Source: a virus (Duplodnaviria; Caudoviricetes). Taken from it: a DNA stretch of 64,000 bases. The DNA lies in the IMG/VR virus record IMGVR_UViG_3300015608_002119, positions 64,001 through 128,000 of that record; one strand, 5' to 3'. The notes below the pieces were generated by a model. It worked only from the letters and a program-made list of their open reading frames with translations, made no database searches and was not told the origin of the DNA. Shown piece after piece: positions 30,524-40,533 of the stretch; position 1 is the stretch's first letter, and each line of letters starts with the position of its first letter. A program made the translations under genes and the position numbers.

Positions 30524-32370
30524 CAACGCAACAAGACTCACCTCAAAACACCGTCGCTGGCGTATCCCTTCCATCAATACCGGTGGCAGTGCTCGACACA
30601 CGTGAAGTTCAGTCGTTCACTTCAACGTTTGTGTATGCTTTCTTTGCGCCCGATGAGCTTGTGACTGAGCCGCAAATCATTGCTCAATCACCGGTTGACT
30701 CTGTGCGGTTTGCACGCAACGTTCCGCGCTATGTCAAACTGGCGTGGGTTCCTGTGAGAGTCAACTCGGAAGGTACCGTGCAACAAGATCTGGTCGATAT
30801 CTCTTTAGAGCAGAATGCCAGCCGTATTGTTTCTGAAGACGACATCAGGTCGCGATTCTACACAACATACAATCAACAAGAGAACGCGTTTGTGGCGCAG
30901 ACACAAGCCTATCTTGACAGGCTGTATCGCCAACTTGGGTACGACTCAACAAACGCCAGCATGAGCGATGTGATCAGGGCGATTCATGAATCGACACCCG
31001 AGATGCTCAGCCAGGAGTTCCTAAATCGTTACCTGTCATACTCAAACAGCGAACTGACGGCAACCGGAACAATGCCGGTTGCGCCGGTCTACAACACAGA
31101 AAACGTTGTGGTGCATGTCCCGGTTTTGAATGGTCGGTATGGCACCTTGATGCATGACAAACTGGTAAACGACTCACTGACTGACATATCAAGCGACATG
31201 TCAAGCATGACAGCAGACGGCCTATCGACACAAATGGCTGTGCGGCAGTACATGGCAAGGTTCAATGCAAACCAGTACAACGTTGACCTCGGAAGCCCAA
31301 TAAAGTCTGTCGTTGATAACGAGTCAACGGACGTTCAGCCGCGGTATCACTCTACCGGGTATGTAATCGAACGGTTTAGAATAACAGGAGACGGTGGCCG
31401 GGTAGAACGGAAAGTATTCTTTGTAGAAGATCCTACCGTGGCCAACCTGATCGATACCAGTGTTCGATACGCACAGACGTACATGTACTCGATCAGGTCG
31501 GTCACAGCACTCAAGATCAGCAGAACCGATACGTTGACAGCGAACAACACCAGGGAAACATACCTGATATCCAGTGGACCAGTGACCACATACGTCACTT
31601 GTGTCGACAAAGTGCCACCAGAACCGCCGACGGACTTCTTTGTTCGTTGGGATTATGGGCTTAACAAGCCGGTTCTAACTTGGAGTTTCCCGGTTGACAG
31701 CCGCAGGCACGTCAAGTATTTCCAGGTGTTCAGGCGCAAGAACGTTGGATCGACGCGACCGGCACAATTGCCGTTTGAGTTGGTTCGCATGTATGACTTC
31801 AATGACCTGTCTTCGGCAGACGGAGTGATATATGCAACAGTCAAAGATCCACGAACAAACAGGCCGTTGTCTTTCGGGTTTTTGCAGAACGGCGAGAACC
31901 TGATTAACTCGGCAACCGTCATAAACATCCTGAACCAAACCGGTCAAAACCAGTCGACAGCCACGTGTTATGTTGATGATGACTTCAACAAGGAAGACTA
32001 TTACATCTACGCAGTTGCCGCAATCGATGCGCACGGGCTGACGTCCAACTACAGTAACCAGATCGGCATCAAGTTCAACAAGCAGCGCAACACGATCGAT
32101 CGTGTTGACATATCGGTACCGGGGGCGCCAAAGCCGTATCCAAACCTGTATCTGAACAAGGACGCGTTCATCGACACAATCAAGAACGAGGGCTACAGTC
32201 AGATGACAGTTGTGTTCAATCCGGAATACCTTGACCTAAGGAACCAGCGTGGCGATGACTTGGGGTTGATCAAGTATGGACCAAGCAACAAGCTAAAAAT
32301 CCAGCTGATTAACCTCGACTTGCAGACGGATGGACAGATCGATATCGTCGTGCATGATGACAGAAACTAG
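30520..32370 (+). CDS. structural protein with FN3-like domains
   Basis: GYVIER..D..V.Y...Y.Y.IR; PP.PP.DF..W...LTW; YIYAVAAIDAHG..SNYS.Q. Confidence 0.6.
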   Translation: MTTQQDSPQNTVAGVSLPSIPVAVLDTREVQSFTSTFVYAFFAPDELVTEPQIIAQSPVDSVRFARNVPRYVKLAWVPVRVNSEGTVQQDLVDISLEQNASRIVSEDDIRSRFYTTYNQQENAFVAQTQAYLDRLYRQLGYDSTNASMSDVIRAIHESTPEMLSQEFLNRYLSYSNSELTATGTMPVAPVYNTENVVVHVPVLNGRYGTLMHDKLVNDSLTDISSDMSSMTADGLSTQMAVRQYMARFNANQYNVDLGSPIKSVVDNESTDVQPRYHSTGYVIERFRITGDGGRVERKVFFVEDPTVANLIDTSVRYAQTYMYSIRSVTALKISRTDTLTANNTRETYLISSGPVTTYVTCVDKVPPEPPTDFFVRWDYGLNKPVLTWSFPVDSRRHVKYFQVFRRKNVGSTRPAQLPFELVRMYDFNDLSSADGVIYATVKDPRTNRPLSFGFLQNGENLINSATVINILNQTGQNQSTATCYVDDDFNKEDYYIYAVAAIDAHGLTSNYSNQIGIKFNKQRNTIDRVDISVPGAPKPYPNLYLNKDAFIDTIKNEGYSQMTVVFNPEYLDLRNQRGDDLGLIKYGPSNKLKIQLINLDLQTDGQIDIVVHDDRN

Positions 32371-32411
32371 CACCCAAACTACGTACTACGTAGAAAGATA
32401 GGTAAATCGCA

Positions 32412-33113
32412 GTGGGTTTTCTACAACAAGATACATCGAACATACTTGTCGACTCGGTCCTCACAGACATCGGCAGGCAGAAGCTGGCCCAGGGTAATCT
32501 CAACATCATCAAGTTCGCTGCGGGCGACGATGAGGTTGATTATGGAATGATCACTCGATACGGCAGGACTGTCGGGCAGGAAAAGATCGAGAAGAACACG
32601 CCGATCTTTGAGGCGTGTACCAACAACAAGCTAGCTCTCATACACCCGCTCGTGTCAATCCCAGACCCCAACCGATACACAATGCCGCTTCTGGCCCTTG
32701 GTGCTACACAGGGCTTGACAGGCACTACGCTGTCTCTTGGTACTGGCGCCACAAACAGGCAAACAGTCATTGCCACGCAAACGCTTACCGGCGGTGAAAC
32801 AGTACCACAAGAGCTGGTCGACAACCAGTTTCTGGTAGTGTGTGATGACCGGTTTGTTCGGATTGTCGGCAGCACGCCAACGATAGACCGGAATCGGATG
32901 GCAACGTACGTCGTAACGAGAGACAGTGCGCTGGCCAGCCAGGGCGGCGCCGTGTTGACAATCACGGTCAACGCCAAGGCCATCACGGATGCGCAGTTCA
33001 CGATCTACGGGCAGCCAACAAACAAGACAGTGATACGAACCGTTATGAGAATAACCGGAATGAGCTCTGGAGCCGTTCTGGAGTTTGTCGCGCAGATCAC
33101 GAAGAACGCATAA
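32412..33113 (+). CDS. baseplate/tail protein
   Basis: VDSVLTD.GR..LA.G...I.KFA.GDDEVDY...IE..TPIFEA; GTG start. Confidence 0.65.
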   Translation: MGFLQQDTSNILVDSVLTDIGRQKLAQGNLNIIKFAAGDDEVDYGMITRYGRTVGQEKIEKNTPIFEACTNNKLALIHPLVSIPDPNRYTMPLLALGATQGLTGTTLSLGTGATNRQTVIATQTLTGGETVPQELVDNQFLVVCDDRFVRIVGSTPTIDRNRMATYVVTRDSALASQGGAVLTITVNAKAITDAQFTIYGQPTNKTVIRTVMRITGMSSGAVLEFVAQITKNA

Positions 33114-33135
33114 GAAAGACGAGCACCAGCATACC

Positions 33136-34308
33136 ATGGCTACATACGAGTTCTTTACACCACAAGACAGGCGCTCCGAGAGCGATGTGCTTGAAATGCT
33201 GATGGACGTTGTTGGCAGCGACGTTTCATCTTCGGTTACGCGTAGAAAGTATCAGGTCTGGGTTACAGGGTCGAGCACAACAACCGGTGTAACCTCTTCC
33301 ATGTTTCAGACCGTGTTCGACCAGGACTACACACTGCAAACGGCCAACCCCGTTTTCGATGTAACTGTCGGCCTGCACACCAGCTCAAACGTCGTCAGTC
33401 AAACGTACACATCATATGACTCCGTCAATGACCAATACTACTTTGCTTCGTCATCGATGATGATGCGAGAAAAGATTGACAACTATCGATCGTTCGCACA
33501 GCATCTTCTTGGCGATAGCGCTAGCGCCTTTACGTTCATCTCTGGCAGCCTTTCTGGCACAGAGATCAAGGAGGCGATGTTCTTCAGCTTCAAGCGACTG
33601 TTTAGTCGCGATCAAGTGAAGCGCGAAACGTATGCCTTGCGAATGTTCGCCTCCGTTAGCGTAGGCGATATGATGGTTCCAGGCAACACGGAACGCATTT
33701 TCACGGATCTTGGCTCTGCGCAGAACGTCAACTACAGCTTCCCTGGTGGGTCCGTGGGAACCCTGGTTGACACGGCCACCACGGCTTCGGTTGGTCTGGT
33801 GTGGCATGACCAAGGCATCATCGTGTTGGATGTTTCGCGTACGTTCGACGTTACGCAAAGCATGTCTGGCACAATTCAGAGCGTCACGACCTTGTATCAG
33901 CCGTTCACCGGCTCAATGTTGTCGAGCTCGGTGTACAGCAACAGTTGCCTGTTTTATAGCGCATCGATCGATGACATATGCGATCGGATCTGCGAGACAC
34001 GCTTCACCGGTTCTTCTGACGTTGTGATGGCGTTCAAGAACCAGACAAGCATCAACTCAAGTGTGCACATCTGCAACTTTGCAGCTGACCGTTTCAACTA
34101 CTCAAGCAACCCAACATACACAGATAGTGACGGAAGGATTGTGGTGATCGATCCTGGGCAAGAAGACATGCAGCGCGCCTTTGCGTTTATCACCTCAATC
34201 GGATTGTATGACGCGGACAACAACCTAGTGGCCGTTGCCAAGTTGTCACGTCCTGTGTTGAAGAACAATCAGCGGTCGTTCTCCATAAAGGTCTCAACGG
34301 ACTACTAA
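33136..34308 (+). CDS. tail-collar/baseplate-type protein
   Basis: C-terminal FNYSSNPT...ITSIGLYD..NNLVAVAKLSRP..K; ATG 33136 preferred to the track start 33085. Confidence 0.65.
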   Translation: MATYEFFTPQDRRSESDVLEMLMDVVGSDVSSSVTRRKYQVWVTGSSTTTGVTSSMFQTVFDQDYTLQTANPVFDVTVGLHTSSNVVSQTYTSYDSVNDQYYFASSSMMMREKIDNYRSFAQHLLGDSASAFTFISGSLSGTEIKEAMFFSFKRLFSRDQVKRETYALRMFASVSVGDMMVPGNTERIFTDLGSAQNVNYSFPGGSVGTLVDTATTASVGLVWHDQGIIVLDVSRTFDVTQSMSGTIQSVTTLYQPFTGSMLSSSVYSNSCLFYSASIDDICDRICETRFTGSSDVVMAFKNQTSINSSVHICNFAADRFNYSSNPTYTDSDGRIVVIDPGQEDMQRAFAFITSIGLYDADNNLVAVAKLSRPVLKNNQRSFSIKVSTDY

Positions 34309-34354
34309 AAAGTCAACTTCAACCACAACAACATTCAAGGGTGCTGGCGTCGCT

Positions 34355-36781
34355 ATGTCAATTCAACCATTCCAACCGGGCGACATTCAGGTCTTCACGA
34401 TCCAAACAGCACCGGAGACAACGTTTACGTCATCTAGCAGCGGTGTGACAGGCTCGGCGTACGTTTACCCGAGAAGGTCAAACGTCATGCGTGACTTTCA
34501 CGTGAACTGGAACGTGGTCAACTCAACCCCAACCGGTGCGTATGCCCAGGTAAACGACATTGGCGACGTGCTGCGTCGAGCCAAGATCGCGACCGTTCCG
34601 GCAGACCGGCTAGACCTCGTTCGTCAATATCTCACACTGGCAAAGGAACAACCGACCAGCTCACGGCTGACACAGTCGCAAGAGGTTGTGCGCACAACAC
34701 CTGGATACAACCTAGACAAAGACATGACGAGCAAGATCGTCATGACGAACGTCTTGATGCCGTATTGTTCCGCATTTGGAACAAGTTACGACTTCGCGTT
34801 CACAAACTACCACAGCCTAAACTTTATGTCAGCATCTACGATGCCAACCGGATCGGCACTTCTATACCCAATGTCGTGCTCGGCCACAAATGGCGTCGGG
34901 TCCATCATCTCGGGCTCTTATGTTCCGTCCGGTGGGTTTGCCTTCGACTTCTGGGTTAACCCACATTACACAGAAGACGCGATCGGCGCCGAGTTCAAGG
35001 CCGGTACGTTGCTGCATGTGTCGGGGTGTTTTGCCCTGTCCATGATGAGCGGGTCCGCTAAGGCCCCTAATGGTTTATCTAGCGGCTTCCGTCTGGCCCT
35101 ACAGGTATCCGCCGCGGCGAACACTCCTCCTGCCCAGATTAACCCGCTAGGGGCCGTAGCGGGGGTGTTTATATCCGACGACAATGCGCTGGTAGCCAAC
35201 CGGTGGCAGCACGTGACCGTACAGTGGGGCGGCAGCTCGTATAACTTTGGGTCCGGATCGTTTATTGTGGATGGCGTCACGGCTGGAAACTTCTACTACC
35301 CGTCAAGCTCGATCGCGGCGACATATGAGCCAGGAGGGCTGACGCCGTCGATGATCGTGGTGGGGAACTACTGTGAGTTGGCACCCGGAGATGGCTCGTA
35401 CTTCTTCTCGGAGGCAGCACAAACGCGGTTTGGTATACCTGTCACCGGCTCTGCGTTGAACGCAAGCACGACACAAGACCAGCCGAGCGCGTTCTTGCTG
35501 TCTCACCCATTCAAAGGGGAAGTGCACGAGCTAAAACTGTTTAGCAGACCACTACAAACAAACGAAATCGCCGCACTGAGAACAACGGGCGCAGATACGT
35601 CAGACCCAGCCCTGTTGTTTTATTTGCCTCCGATGTTCACTCGCGAATCGCCATCGCGTTCAGTGGATATCAACAACAGCGCTGCTGGTGGAGTGCTCGT
35701 GCACCCGTTCAACAGCATCGACGGCACAACAAAACACCCGTTCAACGTAGACTTGTCGTTCGATACCGGCGCTCACTATATCAACCTGGAGAACTACACA
35801 CGTGACTTCGTCACCGGCAACTACCCCAGGTTGATCATGCTCACCGGGTCAGTCATTCGTGGGAACACGGCCGCTCTAACCGCTAACCAATTCCTTTATG
35901 CGACGAGCTCCGTCGTCAAGGCTAGCCTGATGGTGCTTCCATGTGACAATGGGGCTTTCACTCCAAACTACTTTCAACTGCTTAGCAGCCTGGACAGTGG
36001 TAGTTTTCATAATGACAACGGCGACCTAGCCTACAATCTAGTAAGCCTACGGGACATGTACCCGCTAGAGTCGATCTACGATATGGTCGATCCTGTTAGT
36101 GGCTCGGGCACGTTAAACACTGACACAAACACACAATCGATCATTGCAGCACTAGCAGGGTTCACCGCAACAAGCTCGTTTGGTACCTTGGCCCAGCAAA
36201 GAACGCCCGCCATATTGCAACGTGTGCAGGAAAACGGGTCACTCCAGGTGTGCATGTTCAACATCAGCAACCTGTTCTATGGCAACAGGATCAGCCCCGG
36301 AACGTTCTCGATAACAGATGGCAACATCAGTGGTTCTGGCGGCAAGCTATCCATGACACTAAAAGACGATGGCTACGGCAGCCTGTACAGGGCTGATGCT
36401 ACTGGCAGTTGGGCCGTTGGCAACTCGGTCGGTAACATCTTCTATGACAACGGGCTTGTGCTGATCAAAAGCCCACACCTCTACTTCTTTGGCAAAGACG
36501 GGTTCACATGTACGTTCAAGGGAGATCGAAACGTGCACACCATGAAGGCAGAGCTGTATGCCAACCCACTTGAGCTTGTATCATCAAGCAATCCAGGTTG
36601 GTCTCCCGGACTTGAAGCCTCTGACGATCCTCTCGTAAACCTAGATAACAGATATGTTTATATTACAGACATTTATGTTCATGATGAAAACCTTAATGTG
36701 ATCATGAAGACAAAGATCCGACAACCAATCCTGAAGAGAGCTTCAGACAAGCTCAAGTTCAACTTGGCGATGGACTGGTGA
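34355..36781 (+). CDS. LamG-containing baseplate/tail protein (C-terminus paralogous to 33136)
   Basis: FDFWVNP, WQHVTV.W, GEVHELKLF; SSSNP...YITDI..HDENLNVI.K..I.QPI.K. Confidence 0.65.
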   Translation: MSIQPFQPGDIQVFTIQTAPETTFTSSSSGVTGSAYVYPRRSNVMRDFHVNWNVVNSTPTGAYAQVNDIGDVLRRAKIATVPADRLDLVRQYLTLAKEQPTSSRLTQSQEVVRTTPGYNLDKDMTSKIVMTNVLMPYCSAFGTSYDFAFTNYHSLNFMSASTMPTGSALLYPMSCSATNGVGSIISGSYVPSGGFAFDFWVNPHYTEDAIGAEFKAGTLLHVSGCFALSMMSGSAKAPNGLSSGFRLALQVSAAANTPPAQINPLGAVAGVFISDDNALVANRWQHVTVQWGGSSYNFGSGSFIVDGVTAGNFYYPSSSIAATYEPGGLTPSMIVVGNYCELAPGDGSYFFSEAAQTRFGIPVTGSALNASTTQDQPSAFLLSHPFKGEVHELKLFSRPLQTNEIAALRTTGADTSDPALLFYLPPMFTRESPSRSVDINNSAAGGVLVHPFNSIDGTTKHPFNVDLSFDTGAHYINLENYTRDFVTGNYPRLIMLTGSVIRGNTAALTANQFLYATSSVVKASLMVLPCDNGAFTPNYFQLLSSLDSGSFHNDNGDLAYNLVSLRDMYPLESIYDMVDPVSGSGTLNTDTNTQSIIAALAGFTATSSFGTLAQQRTPAILQRVQENGSLQVCMFNISNLFYGNRISPGTFSITDGNISGSGGKLSMTLKDDGYGSLYRADATGSWAVGNSVGNIFYDNGLVLIKSPHLYFFGKDGFTCTFKGDRNVHTMKAELYANPLELVSSSNPGWSPGLEASDDPLVNLDNRYVYITDIYVHDENLNVIMKTKIRQPILKRASDKLKFNLAMDW

Positions 36782-36837
36782 GCGCTTGGGGTGACTGCAC
36801 ATATTCAGATTAAGTCATGGTCCCCCTTCCCTCTCTT

Positions 36838-36857
36838 CTTGGTTATGTTCCACTAGC
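36838..36857 (+). repeat. 17/20-mer CTTGGTTATGTTCCACT(AGC), copy 2
   Basis: Intergenic, after a pyrimidine tract; 20 nt identical to 42394-42413. Confidence 0.85.
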
Positions 36858-36868
36858 TCGTCTGTAGT

Positions 36869-37330
36869 ATGAAAACCATCTGCAAAACAAGACGAAGAAG
36901 GGGAGGAAGGCACTACAAGACCGGGATTTATAGGTCTTCCAAGTGTCCGACGCCAATAAAGTACCGTTCCGGATGGGAGTTGGTGGTGGTAAGGTTCCTC
37001 GATCACAACCCGGACGTGTTGTCGTACGAGTACGAGAGCCTCCGGATCCATTACGTGTATCGCGGTAAAGTCCATTGCTATTTCCCCGACCTTGTGGTAA
37101 GGTTTAAGTCAAAGCCACAACCAATGATAATCGAGGTCAAGCGTCAAGATAAGATCGCAGACCCAAAGGTGATGGCCAAAACCAAGGCGGCTAAGGAATG
37201 GGCACTCAAAAACAACCACACGTTTCAGATGTGGACAAACAAGATGATCGAGGTACTGGAGCAGGTTCTGCTGTTGGAAGAGATGAAAACAGCAAAGAAG
37301 TGCCAGGCTTCTCAACCCCAACCGCCGTGA
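36869..37330 (+). CDS. head completion nuclease (T4 gp4 / TnsA-like PD-(D/E)XK)
   Basis: YRSGWE...FLD.NPDV..Y.YE..I.Y...H.YFPD....IEVK..K..AA..W. Confidence 0.8.
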   Translation: MKTICKTRRRRGGRHYKTGIYRSSKCPTPIKYRSGWELVVVRFLDHNPDVLSYEYESLRIHYVYRGKVHCYFPDLVVRFKSKPQPMIIEVKRQDKIADPKVMAKTKAAKEWALKNNHTFQMWTNKMIEVLEQVLLLEEMKTAKKCQASQPQPP

Positions 37331-37668
37331 CGGCGGGTGAATACTACTACAAAGTGGCTGACGTCGAGTCTGTGATCACTGAAGAGTTTGATGACATCCT
37401 TGCAAGCACCGAGTTGTCAGAGCTCGCTCAGAGCCACGTTGTTGGCCTTTACCAGCTAGTCCTGACGCAGTTACGAATCATTGACCAGTTTTTCTCACCG
37501 GTCAGGCGGCCCGATGATGTGATTGTGGTCGATCGTGATGCTGTTGCTGACCTGTTGCGTGCCATCGATAATGCAGCTTGTTGCCTAAACACCGACGGAC
37601 GACCGGAACGCGCCGAGGATTTGAAATATGCCGTGGCCAAGCTGATGAAAGGTTTCAAGAACAAATGA
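37327..37668 (+). CDS. hypothetical protein
   Basis: GTGA overlap start at 37327; acidic helical ORF. Confidence 0.55.
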   Translation: MTAGEYYYKVADVESVITEEFDDILASTELSELAQSHVVGLYQLVLTQLRIIDQFFSPVRRPDDVIVVDRDAVADLLRAIDNAACCLNTDGRPERAEDLKYAVAKLMKGFKNK

Positions 37669-37964
37669 GCAAGCCTGAGACTGTCACAACTGAGTTTCGC
37701 TGCGACGTTGATATGTCTGGCATCGAACGGAGAATCGCGACCCTCGCCGCACTCCAGCCGGGTTGGTACGGTGATGGCATTGAAAACAGTCAACCCATCA
37801 GTCAGGCAGCATTGACGACAGCACGTGCAATTGCGTGTGTCATGATAGCGCTCGGCCAAAGTCCTACGCTGTTTCCGCGTACCTGTGGTGGCGTGACGGT
37901 TGAGTGTATTGCCACTGACGTATACATTGAAGCCGATGGCCATGTGTCATCAGTGGTAACATGA
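37665..37964 (+). CDS. hypothetical protein (L..L.PGW.G...PIS...FP..GG..E type)
   Basis: ATGA-coupled ORF. Confidence 0.55.
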   Translation: MSKPETVTTEFRCDVDMSGIERRIATLAALQPGWYGDGIENSQPISQAALTTARAIACVMIALGQSPTLFPRTCGGVTVECIATDVYIEADGHVSSVVT

Positions 37965-38149
37965 TCATGACAACAGCCGATATTAACGAAGACTGCTGTG
38001 GCGAAGACGCCGCAACAAACAAACCGGCAAAGCGTGAGCACGAATGGGTGTGGTGCTGTGACATGTGCGATGTGTCATACTGCCGAGTGTGTTACACTAC
38101 ATGGTCAGAAGAGGACTGTGACGAGCGCTGCACGGGAGAATTGAAGTGA
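37961..38149 (+). CDS. small Cys-rich (Zn-finger-like) protein
   Basis: HEW..CC..C...YC..C. Confidence 0.45.
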   Translation: MIMTTADINEDCCGEDAATNKPAKREHEWVWCCDMCDVSYCRVCYTTWSEEDCDERCTGELK

Positions 38150-38457
38150 CAGAAACCAGTAACAACAACACTAGCAACAGCAGAAGTGCCTACGAACAGG
38201 CACTTTATACGTTTATCTACGAGACAGTGGCTTCGGAAGGCGGTGACGGAGACATGGTCGTGTCCTGCAGCATGCAAGACTGTTTTGTCATGGCTGATGG
38301 GTTTGAGAAGTTCCTGTTGGAGCAGGGCCATCCGTACTGTCGCAAGGACACTTCTGGCTCGGCCGTGTTGTGGAATGACCAAGAAAGCTGGACGTTCACA
38401 AACAACCTTGATTATGACTCAATACCTCGGTGTACGCAATACATGAGGATCGTATGA
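38146..38457 (+). CDS. hypothetical protein
   Basis: Coupled ORF with GGDGD motif. Confidence 0.55.
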   Translation: MTETSNNNTSNSRSAYEQALYTFIYETVASEGGDGDMVVSCSMQDCFVMADGFEKFLLEQGHPYCRKDTSGSAVLWNDQESWTFTNNLDYDSIPRCTQYMRIV

Positions 38458-39269
38458 GTACGAAAGCAACTGCCAGGGCGACCCGTCACGTAGCAGGCGG
38501 TGTTGCAACGGCTGATGAACCATATAGTCACAGCCAAGAGGTTCAACGCAAGGTGCACGAGAGATTGGTAAATGCTGGCCTAGTACGTACTGTGCATCCA
38601 CCGGCAGTCAAGGTAGAGCCAGAGCGGCTAGAACAACTTAGAGATGCTGTGAAAGATGTCACGGAATCCAGAAAGCGGTCGTTTATCCTTGGTCTTGATA
38701 TCTCCACCAGCGTTACCGGCGTTGCTCTGATCGACTCCCAGACGGGAGAGCTTGAGGTGTTGGATGCCGTCAAGCTAACAGGTGTCAAGTACGAAGGCAG
38801 CATGTGGAAGAAAGCAGATCGCGCAATCGAAGAGATCGTGCGCCTCGTTGGAGGCAGGACAATCTCGGCAATACATGTCGAGGAGAACGCCAAGCGGTTT
38901 GCAGAGGGGCTTTCATCGGCTGACACGGTGCTTACGCTGGCCAAGTTCAACGGGATCATTTCGTACCTGTCACACAAAGCCTTTGGCGCAGAGGTAACAA
39001 ACATCAACGTTGCAGCGGCCAGGAAGGCGGTTGGCTTCAGCAAAAAGCTGTCACCGCTCAATGGCATCAAAGGCAACAGTGTAAAGGACATGGTGTTTGA
39101 CTACGTGACACGCAAGCATCCCGAATTCCCTTGGAGAAGGCACGTTGCCAAGACTGGGAAGAGTGTTGGCATGGAAGTGTTCGACGCAGACATGCACGAC
39201 GCGTGTGATGCGTGGGTTGTGGCATATGGTGGTTGGAAAGCCGCTGGCCTTAGCCAAACGTCTGCTTGA
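38454..39269 (+). CDS. RuvC-like Holliday junction resolvase
   Basis: ILGLDISTSVTG, IHVEE, LAKFNG, K..VF, D..DA acidic tetrad. Confidence 0.8.
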   Translation: MSTKATARATRHVAGGVATADEPYSHSQEVQRKVHERLVNAGLVRTVHPPAVKVEPERLEQLRDAVKDVTESRKRSFILGLDISTSVTGVALIDSQTGELEVLDAVKLTGVKYEGSMWKKADRAIEEIVRLVGGRTISAIHVEENAKRFAEGLSSADTVLTLAKFNGIISYLSHKAFGAEVTNINVAAARKAVGFSKKLSPLNGIKGNSVKDMVFDYVTRKHPEFPWRRHVAKTGKSVGMEVFDADMHDACDAWVVAYGGWKAAGLSQTSA

Positions 39270-39924
39270 CCAAGTCAGATAGTGTTGTAACACTGATCGA
39301 TGTCGGTTCCGGGCCAAACAATCCCTCGTGAGCAACGGCAAACACAACACCAACACATGCCACTGAGCCGATACTGATGGTCTCGGCTTCACGCTGGCGT
39401 CGATTACTCAATCCAACTGCCTTTGCAAGCTCGCCCGGTCGACCAAAGAACGCATTGGACTTTGGATCGCACACAAACACTGCCGAGTACGTGTCTGGTC
39501 TTAGCTTCTCTACGGAAAACCTCGCCGCCGTGTCTGGTTCTACCGTCCAGCTCTGCAACACTGACTTTGTTGGATGAAGTGTGAACGGCGCTTTGACAGC
39601 ATAGTATTTGCCCAGCTTGTAGGTCACAGGCTCAACACCGACCGAATTGGCAAGCGCAAGCAGTTTTTCGCTGTTGAACGAGACGCCGCGGTATGCAAAC
39701 TTTACATCACCGACGTCAAACAGGTCTGTGTATTGATGCTTTGCCATGATCTTCTGAATGGCAGGTACCATGCTTGCCAACTCAACGTGATCATTGAAGT
39801 CAATGAATCGTACCAGTGCATGGGACAATCGATCTTCAATGGCTGTGCTTGGCTCCACAGAGGGCGCAAACAAGTATTGACCCATTGCTGCGCTGCTGTC
39901 ATCGTCAGGAGGCATTGCCGACAC
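39250..39924 (-). CDS. putative ADP-ribosyltransferase-fold protein (R-S-E type)
   Basis: AYRGV ... QSWT....A.RF ... REAE, in the order of the RSE catalytic motifs. Confidence 0.5.
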   Translation of the reverse strand: MSAMPPDDDSSAAMGQYLFAPSVEPSTAIEDRLSHALVRFIDFNDHVELASMVPAIQKIMAKHQYTDLFDVGDVKFAYRGVSFNSEKLLALANSVGVEPVTYKLGKYYAVKAPFTLHPTKSVLQSWTVEPDTAARFSVEKLRPDTYSAVFVCDPKSNAFFGRPGELAKAVGLSNRRQREAETISIGSVACVGVVFAVAHEGLFGPEPTSISVTTLSDLVKQTFG

Positions 39925-40474
39925 GCTGCTTTAGCAAATAAACGAGCCCTTCGTGCTTGTCAAGTATGCCCTGGAGCATGTTTTCCAGGCCATCACTCAG
40001 GCAACCAGCTTCTTTCAGTTTTGCCACAACAGCCTCACCCAGCTTGATGTACATCAGCTCGGCGTTCAGTGAAACGTTGACATATGGCTCTCGTGACGTG
40101 CAGTTGGTCATGAACTTCTTCATGACTTCTAGCCGCTTGAAGTAGTTTGTCAGTGCTGGCTCGCCTGACAGCCCGACGAGCTTTTCGGCGACCGGGTCTA
40201 CGTCTGCCCCGGCAGACTCATAAAGCCTCTTGAATAGTTCGTGGTCTGCGTAGAAGGTTATTCCAGACACTTGCCAGTGGTGCGAGAGGTGAATTGCCGT
40301 CAGCGCCTCGGAGGCCGCTAGATAAACCGCCAGAGGCCCCCATGGGCTACCCTGGAACAGCTCGGACGTGCATTCATCTAGGCATCTCGACACGTCAACG
40401 TCGCTCCCGCTGCTGGTATGTTCGCTGCTATTGACTGGTGTTGATGTGGTTGATGGTGGAACTGAATCTAGCAT
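39905..40474 (-). CDS. Dps/ferritin-like protein
   Basis: HHWQVSG..FYADHELF.RLYE....D.VAEK; GL.N.L..I...HE...YLL. Confidence 0.75.
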   Translation of the reverse strand: MLDSVPPSTTSTPVNSSEHTSSGSDVDVSRCLDECTSELFQGSPWGPLAVYLAASEALTAIHLSHHWQVSGITFYADHELFKRLYESAGADVDPVAEKLVGLSGEPALTNYFKRLEVMKKFMTNCTSREPYVNVSLNAELMYIKLGEAVVAKLKEAGCLSDGLENMLQGILDKHEGLVYLLKQRVGNAS

Positions 40475-40533
40475 GGTTTGATCCTGCGGATAGTTATGCC
40501 ACGACCATCCCGACAGGAAGAAGCGTTAAGACA

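Noticed and set aside
9777-36270. Numerous antisense and alternative-frame ORFs in the structural module
   Set aside because: Shadows of long + strand genes, with no recognisable motifs or start signals.
36869-37330. Tn7 TnsA transposase
   Set aside because: No TnsB/TnsC or transposon ends; position at the end of the morphogenesis module fits a T4 gp4-like head-completion nuclease.
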